Part shown: piece by piece, positions 10,160 through 23,647 of the stretch
How positions within the stretch are numbered: position 1 is the first letter of the stretch
Layout: every line of letters starts with the position of its first letter
Assembly (NCBI GenBank): GCA_977017575.1
Contig: CDRNVI010000001.1
Location: 1 to 64,000 of the forward strand
DNA length: 64,000 nucleotides
Reading direction: 5' to 3'
Origin: Paramoeba atlantica
Taxonomy: Eukaryota; Protista; Discosea
Notes under the pieces: model-generated
The model's database searches: none
Seen by the model: the letters and a program-made list of their open reading frames with translations, nothing else
What the model was told of the DNA's origin: nothing
Program-made: the position numbers and the translations under genes

Positions 10160-10375
10160 GTGATAAAACAAAACAAACAAACTACCCGTTCGCACCCTGC
10201 CTTCGAGAGTACTCCATGCTGTAATGGCGCGAACAGTGGCTCTAGAATGTTCTCGTACCTTTGTATGAGAATGCATCCCGCTAATTTCATCAACACTTCC
10301 CCAATGGCGACAGGTCTTATTCCACTATTCGGTTTATGGAGCGCGACCAGCCTGGCGCGGGTGAGACGACGCATC
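10160..10375 (-). pseudogene. CRE-clade RT N-terminal fragment (third family; x4 with the tandem)
   Basis: LTRARLVALHKPNxGIRPVAIGE...QHGV...GCERVV matches RLCALEKGEDDVRPIAAGE...QYGV...GAERVI of the CRE ORFs. Confidence 0.8.
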
Positions 10376-10585
10376 ACTTCTTTTTTCATCACCCCCTTTT
10401 TGTTTATCACCCCCTTTTTGTTTATCACCCCCTTTTTGTTTATCACCCCCTTTCTGTTTAATCACCTTTTTTTTGAGAGAATCTACCTCCAAAAATACAT
10501 ATCAATCTTTCATAATTCCCGCCTACAGTGCAGCGGTTAAAATACAATATTGCCCCTTAAATTAGGGCTTCTTCTTCACATGATG

Positions 10586-10711
10586 ATCTCGGAGATTTAT
10601 CCCCCGTGGAGATCTCATTCGTCCTCAAAGGATCGAGAACTCACGTTTAGACGGGCGAGACTTGATCTCCTTTACCCCCCGTTATCTTCCCTCTACCCTG
10701 TATCCCATACC
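10586..10711. repeat. About 130-bp dispersed repeat (x4 in tandem plus a diverged copy at 49520-49645)
   Basis: GGAGATTTA.CCCCCGTG.AGATCTCATTCGTC...TATCCCATACCG followed by TA in both. Confidence 0.75.
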
Positions 10712-10890
10712 GTACAATAATATTTGTAATAAAATTTACACTGTGAAATCCACGCCGCGGGCCTTAATAAATAACATGTATCGAATAGTAAACAAAGAAA
10801 CAACTAAAATGTATCTGATTGCTCACAAGCCCTATTTCCCAATCTCAAAACATAACATCAACATTAAACTGTAAATAATATGTTCTCACG

Positions 10891-11434
10891 ACAATTTTAG
10901 GCCTGCAAACATATATGTCACTGTCACTCTGTTAACGGGGTTCCCCCCACCGGAACCCTCGACCAACCTGCCCGCACACACGTCACACAAAAGAAAACCT
11001 GTATAAAAATGCCCGGACACATAGTAAATCATATATAGAAAAGAAATCATAATCAAACCTCACTTACAGAACTCGTACAAGGATAACGATAGCAATAGAT
11101 GACCAGTCCACTGCCACGCCCTTTACAAGCTCACACGAGCTACACAGGTTACGCTTTCAACCTCTGCCCATGCACCAACTTGGGACCTAGAAGTGTGGAG
11201 CAACTAGGCGTGGTGTACGGCCGTGTCAACAGTGATGCGGTTAAAAAACATTAAGGCGTTAATCGTAGAATAAAGAAAGCTTTACTCATCTTTATCTCAC
11301 ATTGGGGAACCTTGTTTTCGAAAAAAACAAGGCGTGAGGATAAAGCCTGTCAACCGATTAACATCCATAATCTTCCAAAAATTATAGGGACAACCTCCAA
11401 ACCCCCGGATCCCGTCCGCTCTTTTTTTTTTTTA
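10891..11434 (-). repeat. About 540-bp body of SINE-like family 3 (x4), same as 36382-36922
   Basis: Near-identical by eye to 36382-36922. Confidence 0.85.
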
Positions 11435-11917
11435 ATTGGGGGGAGAAGTACGAAACGCGGCATTGCCTCTATATTACCCAATACATGAGCCATGAAGGGT
11501 CCATAGGGGGGGTTGTCATGTTCTATATAAAATAACTAGCAATTGGTGAGCCCAAAACTAGCAATTGTATGTAAATTATGCCGCTGAAAAACAATGAAAA
11601 TAAAAACAGAGAAAAAAGCATAACAAGCCATTCGCGCAGGTTCCGGACCGGGTCTTTCGACCTCTCCCGAGCCTGCATTGGGAACCCTTCCCTTGTTATA
11701 CGGGAGGGCGCAGGGCGGGCATGTGCCGACAGCGGCACGGTCGCGAAACAGGATGCTGGCCGACGGGGAGGGGCAGGGTCCCCAGCCCGGGTACTACTGT
11801 AAGTTGCATTAATAATTTTAAATTTGCACAAATTCTAAATTTATAATTATTAAGGGTTTATAATTCTTATATACTTTTATAATTATAAATTGGTTTTAAG
11901 CTTTTTGTTTTACTCGC

Positions 11918-13462
11918 ATGTCACGACCGAAGGGGAAAAGGGGACAAGATCAGAACGTAGGCAGCATTGAACAATTTACTAGCGTATCCGGCCGACCCCC
12001 TCCTCGATGGATGGAGAAAAAGCGGCGTTTTCTTACATCCTGCTTAGAAAATGGAGGGGAAAATTCTTTTTTTAAGGAACTTTTTGTAAATATGTTCCAA
12101 TCATTTGCGAGTGAGCATGAATCTCTTTTTCTCAGTTACGTCGAAACTTTATTGCTTGAAGACCGTACCAAGTTCATTATTGAGGAGCGCAAGGAGCGTG
12201 AAATGATAGCATGTAAATTTCATGGAGGTTTATTTAGTCTTAACGGCGACGGCATACCAATATTCTGGGACGATAATTCTACGTCGCTTCAATTTTCGTT
12301 TTCTTTTTGTTGGACGGCGCGAAGCGTTGATGCGCCGCGCTCAATGAGTGATGAAAGTAGTGATGCTCCTCTCGCTGAAGACGATGATTCTGAACATGTG
12401 GAAATGTCACATTGCGTAAAGAAGCAATTCGTCTCCAACGTGAAGATTTGTCTGTGTGATTCCATGGATTATTTCATGCATCAATCAGACTACTTCGTAC
12501 GTCTCCCAAAGAGGGGAGGACGGTTTCCTCATTACACTAACCTATGCAAAAAACTGAAATCTGTATATCCGAGCATTGCTGAACAAATCGAATATCAAAT
12601 TCTTCGTCTTTGGTGGCAAAAACGCGAGAAGCTCGGAGACGAGTCCTTAATTCCTAAGAATACATCTAACCAACGACCAAGCATGTTGTCATTCTATGAA
12701 CCCCTCATTCGCAGGCTATTGAATGAGCTAATATTTTACGGAATTCCTGTAGGTAAGAACCTGCTCTGGGCAATTACACGTGAAGCAATCATGCACGATT
12801 CTGACGACATTGATTATCTAACGAAACATCTCGTAGACAAAGTTAAATCTGGTGCCAAGGTAAAAGATGAAGAAACGTTTATACCATCCTATCATACCTT
12901 CATCCGGTGGCTGTCGAAAATGGATATTTCGATGAAATCGACAAGAAATACACCCGAAGGCGCTCTACCAACAAATTTAAACGACCTTGCGCGAGATATG
13001 CTACTGCGTATATGTTATTATGTAGGCATAGAATGGAACGACAAGGTTATTTCCCCTCTTCTAATTAACATGGACGAAACTGCCGTCGCCTATAATTCTC
13101 TTGCGGAGCGTGGCTTAACATATCAGGGGCAAGAAGCGCATAGCATTGCAGTAGGAGACAAACGAAGCGCAACTCTTGTAACTGCTGCATCTTTAAGCGG
13201 TGATTTGGTTCCACCATTCGTGATCTGGAATGGAAAAGAAGCCTATAAGGGTGCGCACGTGAAGACGTATGACACGACGGTTCAGTACCAAACTGAAAGA
13301 AAAAAAACTCGTATGACCCCCGTATCCGTAATGGGTATTCCCAAACTCCGCATATGGCATAGCAGACGGCACCTGGTAGTCCATGTTGTCTCCGCACACA
13401 TAGGCTTCAACGTCTCCATTACCGAAGGAGATGTCATGTTGAGGAAATTGGACATAACGTAA
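11918..13462 (+). pseudogene. Truncated pogo transposase fused to antisense YR sequence (514 aa)
   Basis: First 461 aa match 27196-29301; the tail is read from the opposite strand of the YR after the tandem junction. Confidence 0.9.
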
Positions 13463-16400
13463 GGGGGTCTGTTCCTGGTATGTTGTGTCTCGGTGGCTGG
13501 GTAATATTCGATATTTTGATGTGGGATCCATTGGTCTGACGATGAGCCTTGGTGATGATACGTCGGGTAGTGGATCTGTGGGTATCGATATTGCTGATTC
13601 GAACTTTGCACGTGTGGGACGGTAGTTTTTCCGTTTGTGTCTTGCAAACGGGTCGGATAGAGGTGCTGGTCTGTAATACTGGCTGATAAATGTTTTTCCG
13701 TTTTGTACTTGCTTTGTTTATTGCAATTTGACTTTGTATTTTAATTTTCGTTTTCGTGTTCTGCTTCATATTGATATTTTTGTATTTTAGATTCTGTATT
13801 TGATCTTTTAACTTCCTTTTTATTGGTGTGTACTTGCTTTTCCTCGGGGGGAGGACTCTTGAGAGTCAGTGCTGTGGACCGATCCCCCGTCCACGAAAAT
13901 CCGGAGCGCGTGGTGCGATGGTCGCTTGACGCGTAATGCCATGTTCTAGTATGCCAGTCCGATTTATGGGGGTCCGATTTGCATATACTCGCCCTCGTAT
14001 CGGCATGCGAGGCGTATAGCGGGTCCGCTGGGGTCCACGGCTCGTATACGTGGTTGCTTGATTGTAGGTTACGCTTTGCTCAATTACATTACCAAGTCGG
14101 TCCTGTGGGTCTTTCTGGGTAACGTATTGTGAGCGTATATATCAAGCATCTGCTCCTCGATATATTCCTTGCAGAATGCGTATCTGGTCAACTGTGCTTT
14201 GGCCGACGTTTTTGTGATTGACGGCGTCGCTGTTCACGCCCCCTCTTTCTGCGCTATCGTCTATCCAAGCACACAAGATATCCCAAAGGGCTTGTAGCTG
14301 TGGCGACATTCGAGAAGGGAGATCCAGCGCCGTTCGCAACCGCTGTTTCAATATTTCAATCCCTAGTGGCCCCTGGGTAATGTATGTGTTCTATGTTGTA
14401 ACGTCCCGGGGGTTGAAACTGTCGTTCGTCTCTTCTGATGGTGCAGTTTCATCGTCCGATTCGGGCAATTTGCCTGGCATCTTTGGCTCACTTGCTGATA
14501 TCACGATGCGCGTATAACACACGTTGCTATTAGGCAGAGGATAGTTACCCCATGGGTAGGGAACAATGATAGGATTTTCCTCGTCTCCATTGTCCTCTAC
14601 CGTACCTCGCCATGTTGTCGCTGTCTCTTTCCTACCTCCAACGGGGAACCAGGTTACTTCGACTTCTATGTCATTCTGTTGCATGGTCGCCATAACCTCA
14701 TTGACTTGACTCTCTACTTCCTCTGGGAGCATAACCCTTTGTGCGGCGTATTGCTTGTTGAGCTCTTCTGGCACACTGCATCTCTTTTTGGATCCGTAAT
14801 GTCTCTTTTCACTTTTATTCGTGCGAAATACAAATAAGAAAAGTCAACAAGGTACAGAAACTGTATCTTTATCGTTAAAGTCAACTTTTATTCGTGCGAA
14901 ATACAAATAAGAAAAGTCTGTCTAATTTTGCAAATAATATCATACCGTAGTTCACGAATAAATCCTTCATGTTTAATTCCTGACACTAGTACAAAGGCCC
15001 AATTACATTTTCAAGAGTTTTATTAAGGCAGGGTAGTGGATTAACTTGTTAATCCACGCTGGGGAGTAGCGAACCCCTCCTACCCTGGAGCTAATAATTA
15101 TTGGTTTCCTTTCATAGGAGGATAAGTCGGGTGTGTGCCCTCTATGGTTGAGATTACTCCTGTGTTGGCACAGATGCTTCGAGCATCAGCATCCGCACAG
15201 CGGACCTAGGCTGGAACTAGGGGGCCATATCTCTTCGGAGACAAACGGCCTTGTGATAAAACAAAACAAACAAACTACCCGTTCGCACCCTGCCTTCGAG
15301 AGTACTCCATGCTGTAATGGCGCGAACAGTGGCTCTAGAATGTTCTCGTACCTTTGTATGAGAATGCATCCCGCTAATTTCATCAACACTTCCCCAATGG
15401 CGACAGGTCTTATTCCACCATTCGGTTTATGGAGCGCGACCAGCCTGGCGCGGGTGAGACGACGCATCACTTCTTTTTTCATCACCCCCTTTTTGTTTAT
15501 CACCCCCTTTTTGTTTATCACCCCCTTTTTGTTTATCACCCCCTTTCTGTTTAATCACCTTTTTTTTGAGAGAATCTACCTCCAAAAATACATATCAATC
15601 TTTCATAATTCTCGCCTACAGTGCAGCGGTTAAAATACAATATTGCCCCTTAAATTAGGGCTTCTTCTTCACATGATGATCTCGGAGATTTATCCCCCGT
15701 GGAGATCTCATTCGTCCTCAAAGGATCGAGAACTCACGTTTAGACGGGCGAGACTTGATCTCCTTTACCCCCCGTTATCTTCCCTCTACCCTGTATCCCA
15801 TACCGTACAATAATATTTGTAATAAAATTTACACTGTGAAATCCACGCCGCGGGCCTTAATAAATAACATGTATCGAATAGTAAACAAAGAAACAACTAA
15901 AATGTATCTGATTGCTCACAAGCCCTATTTCCCAATCTCAAAACATAACATCAACATTAAACTGTAAATAATATGTTCTCACGACAATTTTAGGCCTGCA
16001 AACATATATGTCACTGTCACTCTGTTAACGGGGTTCCCCCCACCGGAACCCTCGACCAACCTGCCCGCACACACGTCACACAAAAGAAAACCTGTATAAA
16101 AATGCCCGGACACATAGTAAATCATATATAGAAAAGAAATCATAATCAAACCTCACTTACAGAACTCGTACAAGGATAACGATAGCAATAGATGACCAGT
16201 CCACTGCCACGCCCTTTACAAGCTCACACGAGCTACACAGGTTACGCTTTCAACCTCTGCCCATGCACCAACTTGGGACCTAGAAGTGTGGAGCAACTAG
16301 GCGTGGTGTACGGCCGTGTCAACAGTGATGCGGTTAAAAAACATTAAGGCGTTAATCGTAGAATAAAGAAAGCTTTACTCATCTTTATCTCACATTGGGG

Positions 16401-17010
16401 AACCTTGTTTTCGAAAAAAACAAGGCGTGAGGATAAAGCCTGTCAACCGATTAACATCCATAATCTTCCAAAAATTATAGGGACAACCTCCAAACCCCCG
16501 GATCCCGTCCGCTCTTTTTTTTTTTTAATTGGGGGGAGAAGTACGAAACGCGGCATTGCCTCTATATTACCCAATACATGAGCCATGAAGGGTCCATAGG
16601 GGGGGTTGTCATGTTCTATATAAAATAACTAGCAATTGGTGAGCCCAAAACTAGCAATTGTATGTAAATTATGCCGCTGAAAAACAATGAAAATAAAAAC
16701 AGAGAAAAAAGCATAACAAGCCATTCGCGCAGGTTCCGGACCGGGTCTTTCGACCTCTCCCGAGCCTGCATTGGGAACCCTTCCCTTGTTATACGGGAGG
16801 GCGCAGGGCGGGCATGTGCCGACAGCGGCACGGTCGCGAAACAGGATGCTGGCCGACGGGGAGGGGCAGGGTCCCCAGCCCGGGTACTACTGTAAGTTGC
16901 ATTAATAATTTTAAATTTGCACAAATTCTAAATTTATAATTATTAAGGGTTTATAATTCTTATATACTTTTATAATTATAAATTGGTTTTAAGCTTTTTG
17001 TTTTACTCGC

Positions 17011-18555
17011 ATGTCACGACCGAAGGGGAAAAGGGGACAAGATCAGAACGTAGGCAGCATTGAACAATTTACTAGCGTATCCGGCCGACCCCCTCCTCGA
17101 TGGATGGAGAAAAAGCGGCGTTTTCTTACATCCTGCTTAGAAAATGGAGGGGAAAATTCTTTTTTTAAGGAACTTTTTGTAAATATGTTCCAATCATTTG
17201 CGAGTGAGCATGAATCTCTTTTTCTCAGTTACGTCGAAACTTTATTGCTTGAAGACCGTACCAAGTTCATTATTGAGGAGCGCAAGGAGCGTGAAATGAT
17301 AGCATGTAAATTTCATGGAGGTTTATTTAGTCTTAACGGCGACGGCATACCAATATTCTGGGACGATAATTCTACGTCGCTTCAATTTTCGTTTTCTTTT
17401 TGTTGGACGGCGCGAAGCGTTGATGCGCCGCGCTCAATGAGTGATGAAAGTAGTGATGCTCCTCTCGCTGAAGACGATGATTCTGAACATGTGGAAATGT
17501 CACATTGCGTAAAGAAGCAATTCGTCTCCAACGTGAAGATTTGTCTGTGTGATTCCATGGATTATTTCATGCATCAATCAGACTACTTCGTACGTCTCCC
17601 AAAGAGGGGAGGACGGTTTCCTCATTACACTAACCTATGCAAAAAACTGAAATCTGTATATCCGAGCATTGCTGAACAAATCGAATATCAAATTCTTCGT
17701 CTTTGGTGGCAAAAACGCGAGAAGCTCGGAGACGAGTCCTTAATTCCTAAGAATACATCTAACCAACGACCAAGCATGTTGTCATTCTATGAACCCCTCA
17801 TTCGCAGGCTATTGAATGAGCTAATATTTTACGGAATTCCTGTAGGTAAGAACCTGCTCTGGGCAATTACACGTGAAGCAATCATGCACGATTCTGACGA
17901 CATTGATTATCTAACGAAACATCTCGTAGACAAAGTTAAATCTGGTGCCAAGGTAAAAGATGAAGAAACGTTTATACCATCCTATCATACCTTCATCCGG
18001 TGGCTGTCGAAAATGGATATTTCGATGAAATCGACAAGAAATACACCCGAAGGCGCTCTACCAACAAATTTAAACGACCTTGCGCGAGATATGCTACTGC
18101 GTATATGTTATTATGTAGGCATAGAATGGAACGACAAGGTTATTTCCCCTCTTCTAATTAACATGGACGAAACTGCCGTCGCCTATAATTCTCTTGCGGA
18201 GCGTGGCTTAACATATCAGGGGCAAGAAGCGCATAGCATTGCAGTAGGAGACAAACGAAGCGCAACTCTTGTAACTGCTGCATCTTTAAGCGGTGATTTG
18301 GTTCCACCATTCGTGATCTGGAATGGAAAAGAAGCCTATAAGGGTGCGCACGTGAAGACGTATGACACGACGGTTCAGTACCAAACTGAAAGAAAAAAAA
18401 CTCGTATGACCCCCGTATCCGTAATGGGTATTCCCAAACTCCGCATATGGCATAGCAGACGGCACCTGGTAGTCCATGTTGTCTCCGCACACATAGGCTT
18501 CAACGTCTCCATTACCGAAGGAGATGTCATGTTGAGGAAATTGGACATAACGTAA
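17011..18555 (+). pseudogene. Truncated pogo fusion, copy 2
   Basis: Same translation as 11918-13462. Confidence 0.9.
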
Positions 18556-21500
18556 GGGGGTCTGTTCCTGGTATGTTGTGTCTCGGTGGCTGGGTAATAT
18601 TCGATATTTTGATGTGGGATCCATTGGTCTGACGATGAGCCTTGGTGATGATACGTCGGGTAGTGGATCTGTGGGTATCGATATTGCTGATTCGAACTTT
18701 GCACGTGTGGGACGGTAGTTTTTCCGTTTGTGTCTTGCAAACGGGTCGGATAGAGGTGCTGGTCTGTAATACTGGCTGATAAATGTTTTTCCGTTTTGTA
18801 CTTGCTTTGTTTATTGCAATTTGACTTTGTATTTTAATTTTCGTTTTCGTGTTCTGCTTCATATTGATATTTTTGTATTTTAGATTCTGTATTTGATCTT
18901 TTAACTTCCTTTTTATTGGTGTGTACTTGCTTTTCCTCGGGGGGAGGACTCTTGAGAGTCAGTGCTGTGGACCGATCCCCCGTCCACGAAAATCCGGAGC
19001 GCGTGGTGCGATGGTCGCTTGACGCGTAATGCCATGTTCTAGTATGCCAGTCCGATTTATGGGGGTCCGATTTGCATATACTCGCCCTCGTATCGGCATG
19101 CGAGGCGTATAGCGGGTCCGCTGGGGTCCACGGCTCGTATACGTGGTTGCTTGATTGTAGGTTACGCTTTGCTCAATTACATTACCAAGTCGGTCCTGTG
19201 GGTCTTTCTGGGTAACGTATTGTGAGCGTATATATCAAGCATCTGCTCCTCGATATATTCCTTGCAGAATGCGTATCTGGTCAACTGTGCTTTGGCCGAC
19301 GTTTTTGTGATTGACGGCGTCGCTGTTCACGCCCCCTCTTTCTGCGCTATCGTCTATCCAAGCACACAAGATATCCCAAAGGGCTTGTAGCTGTGGCGAC
19401 ATTCGAGAAGGGAGATCCAGCGCCGTTCGCAACCGCTGTTTCAATATTTCAATCCCTAGTGGCCCCTGGGTAATGTATGTGTTCTATGTTGTAACGTCCC
19501 GGGGGTTGAAACTGTCGTTCGTCTCTTCTGATGGTGCAGTTTCATCGTCCGATTCGGGCAATTTGCCTGGCATCTTTGGCTCACTTGCTGATATCACGAT
19601 GCGCGTATAACACACGTTGCTATTAGGCAGAGGATAGTTACCCCATGGGTAGGGAACAATGATAGGATTTTCCTCGTCTCCATTGTCCTCTACCGTACCT
19701 CGCCATGTTGTCGCTGTCTCTTTCCTACCTCCAACGGGGAACCAGGTTACTTCGACTTCTATGTCATTCTGTTGCATGGTCGCCATAACCTCATTGACTT
19801 GACTCTCTACTTCCTCTGGGAGCATAACCCTTTGTGCGGCGTATTGCTTGTTGAGCTCTTCTGGCACACTGCATCTCTTTTTGGATCCGTAATGTCTCTT
19901 TTCACTTTTATTCGTGCGAAATACAAATAAGAAAAGTCAACAAGGTACAGAAACTGTATCTTTATCGTTAAAGTCAACTTTTATTCGTGCGAAATACAAA
20001 TAAGAAAAGTCTGTCTAATTTTGCAAATAATATCATACCGTAGTTCACGAATAAATCCTTCATGTTTAATTCCTGACACTAGTACAAAGGCCCAATTACA
20101 TTTTCAAGAGTTTTATTAAGGCAGGGTAGTGGATTAACTTGTTAATCCACGCTGGGGAGTAGCGAACCCCTCCTACCCTGGAGCTAATAATTATTGGTTT
20201 CCTTTCATAGGAGGATAAGTCGGGTGTGTGCCCTCTATGGTTGAGATTACTCCTGTGTTGGCACAGATGCTTCGAGCATCAGCATCCGCACAGCGGACCT
20301 AGGCTGGAACTAGGGGGCCATATCTCTTCGGAGACAAACGGCCTTGTGATAAAACAAAACAAACAAACTACCCGTTCGCACCCTGCCTTCGAGAGTACTC
20401 CATGCTGTAATGGCGCGAACAGTGGCTCTAGAATGTTCTCGTACCTTTGTATGAGAATGCATCCCGCTAATTTCATCAACACTTCCCCAATGGCGACAGG
20501 TCTTATTCCACCATTCGGTTTATGGAGCGCGACCAGCCTGGCGCGGGTGAGACGACGCATCACTTCTTTTTTCATCACCCCCTTTTTGTTTATCACCCCC
20601 TTTTTGTTTATCACCCCCTTTTTGTTTATCACCCCCTTTCTGTTTAATCACCTTTTTTTTGAGAGAATCTACCTCCAAAAATACATATCAATCTTTCATA
20701 ATTCCCGCCTACAGTGCAGCGGTTAAAATACAATATTGCCCCTTAAATTAGGGCTTCTTCTTCACATGATGATCTCGGAGATTTATCCCCCGTGGAGATC
20801 TCATTCGTCCTCAAAGGATCGAGAACTCACGTTTAGACGGGCGAGACTTGATCTCCTTTACCCCCCGTTATCTTCCCTCTACCCTGTATCCCATACCGTA
20901 CAATAATATTTGTAATAAAATTTACACTGTGAAATCCACGCCGCGGGCCTTAATAAATAACATGTATCGAATAGTAAACAAAGAAACAACTAAAATGTAT
21001 CTGATTGCTCACAAGCCCTATTTCCCAATCTCAAAACATAACATCAACATTAAACTGTAAATAATATGTTCTCACGACAATTTTAGGCCTGCAAACATAT
21101 ATGTCACTGTCACTCTGTTAACGGGGTTCCCCCCACCGGAACCCTCGACCAACCTGCCCGCACACACGTCACACAAAAGAAAACCTGTATAAAAATGCCC
21201 GGACACATAGTAAATCATATATAGAAAAGAAATCATAATCAAACCTCACTTACAGAACTCGTACAAGGATAACGATAGCAATAGATGACCAGTCCACTGC
21301 CACGCCCTTTACAAGCTCACACGAGCTACACAGGTTACGCTTTCAACCTCTGCCCATGCACCAACTTGGGACCTAGAAGTGTGGAGCAACTAGGCGTGGT
21401 GTACGGCCGTGTCAACAGTGATGCGGTTAAAAAACATTAAGGCGTTAATCGTAGAATAAAGAAAGCTTTACTCATCTTTATCTCACATTGGGGAACCTTG

Positions 21501-22103
21501 TTTTCGAAAAAAACAAGGCGTGAGGATAAAGCCTGTCAACCGATTAACATCCATAATCTTCCAAAAATTATAGGGACAACCTCCAAACCCCCGGATCCCG
21601 TCCGCTCTTTTTTTTTTTTAATTGGGGGGAGAAGTACGAAACGCGGCATTGCCTCTATATTACCCAATACATGAGCCATGAAGGGTCCATAGGGGGGGTT
21701 GTCATGTTCTATATAAAATAACTAGCAATTGGTGAGCCCAAAACTAGCAATTGTATGTAAATTATGCCGCTGAAAAACAATGAAAATAAAAACAGAGAAA
21801 AAAGCATAACAAGCCATTCGCGCAGGTTCCGGACCGGGTCTTTCGACCTCTCCCGAGCCTGCATTGGGAACCCTTCCCTTGTTATACGGGAGGGCGCAGG
21901 GCGGGCATGTGCCGACAGCGGCACGGTCGCGAAACAGGATGCTGGCCGACGGGGAGGGGCAGGGTCCCCAGCCCGGGTACTACTGTAAGTTGCATTAATA
22001 ATTATAAATTTGCACAAATTCTAAATTTATAATTATTAAGGGTTTATAATTCTTATATACTTTTATAATTATAAATTGGTTTTAAGCTTTTTGTTTTACT
22101 CGC

Positions 22104-23647
22104 ATGTCACGACCGAAGGGGAAAAGGGGACAAGATCAGAACGTAGGCAGCATTGAACAATTTACTAGCGTATCCGGCCGACCCCCTCCTCGATGGATGG
22201 AGAAAAAGCGGCGTTTTCTTACATCCTGCTTAGAAAATGGAGGGGAAATTTTTTTTTTAAGGAACTTTTTGTAAATATGTTCCAATCATTTGCGAGTGAG
22301 CATGAATCTCTTTTTCTCAGTTACGTCGAAACTTTATTGCTTGAAGACCGTACCAAGTTCATTATTGAGGAGCGCAAGGAGCGTGAAATGATAGCATGTA
22401 AATTTCATGGAGGTTTATTTAGTCTTAACGGCGACGGCATACCAATATTCTGGGACGATAATTCTACGTCGCTTCAATTTTCGTTTTCTTTTTGTTGGAC
22501 GGCGCGAAGCGTTGATGCGCCGCGTTCAATGAGTGATGAAAGTAGTGATGCTCCTCTCGCTGAAGACGATGATTCTGAACATGTGGAAATGTCACATTGC
22601 GTAAAGAAGCAATTCGTCTCCAACGTGAAGATTTGTCTGTGTGATTCCATGGATTATTTCATGCATCAATCAGACTACTTCGTACGTCTCCCAAAGAGGG
22701 GAGGACGGTTTCCTCATTACACTAACCTATGCAAAAAACTGAAATCTGTATATCCGAGCATTGCTGAACAAATCGAATATCAAATTCTTCGTCTTTGGTG
22801 GCAAAAACGCGAGAAGCTCGGAGACGAGTCCTTAATTCCTAAGAATACATCTAACCAACGACCAAGCATGTTGTCATTCTATGAACCCCTCATTCGCAGG
22901 CTATTGAATGAGCTAATATTTTACGGAATTCCTGTAGGTAAGAACCTGCTCTGGGCAATTACACGTGAAGCAATCATGCACGATTCTGACGACATTGATT
23001 ATCTAACGAAACATCTCGTAGACAAAGTTAGATCTGGTGCCAAGGTAAAAGATGAAGAAACGTTTATACCATCCTATCATACCTTCATCCGGTGGCTGTC
23101 GAAAATGGATATTTCAATGAAATCGACAAGAAATACACCCGAAGGCGCTCTACCAACAAATTTAAACGACCTTGCGCGAGATATGCTACTGCGTATATGT
23201 TATTATGTAGGCATAGAATGGAACGACAAGGTTATTTCCCCTCTTCTAATTAACATGGACGAAACTGCCGTCGCCTATAATTCTCTTGCGGAGCGTGGCT
23301 TAACATATCAGGGGCAAGAAGCGCATAGCATTGCAGTAGGAGACAAACGAAGCGCAACTCTTGTAACTGCTGCATCTTTAAGCGGTGATTTGGTTCCACC
23401 ATTCGTGATCTGGAATGGAAAAGAAGCCTATAAGGGTGCGCACGTGAAGACGTATGACACGACGGTTCAGTACCAAACTGAAAGAAAAAAAACTCGTATG
23501 ACCCCCGTATCCGTAATGGGTATTCCCAAACTCCGCATATGGCATAGCAGACGGCACCTGGTAGTCCATGTTGTCTCCGCACACATAGGCTTCAACGTCT
23601 CCATTACCGAAGGAGATGTCATGTTGAGGAAATTGGACATAACGTAA
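22104..23647 (+). pseudogene. Truncated pogo fusion, copy 3 (additional frameshift near 22250)
   Basis: GGGGAAATTTTTTTTT replaces GGGGAAAATTCTTTTTT. Confidence 0.88.
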
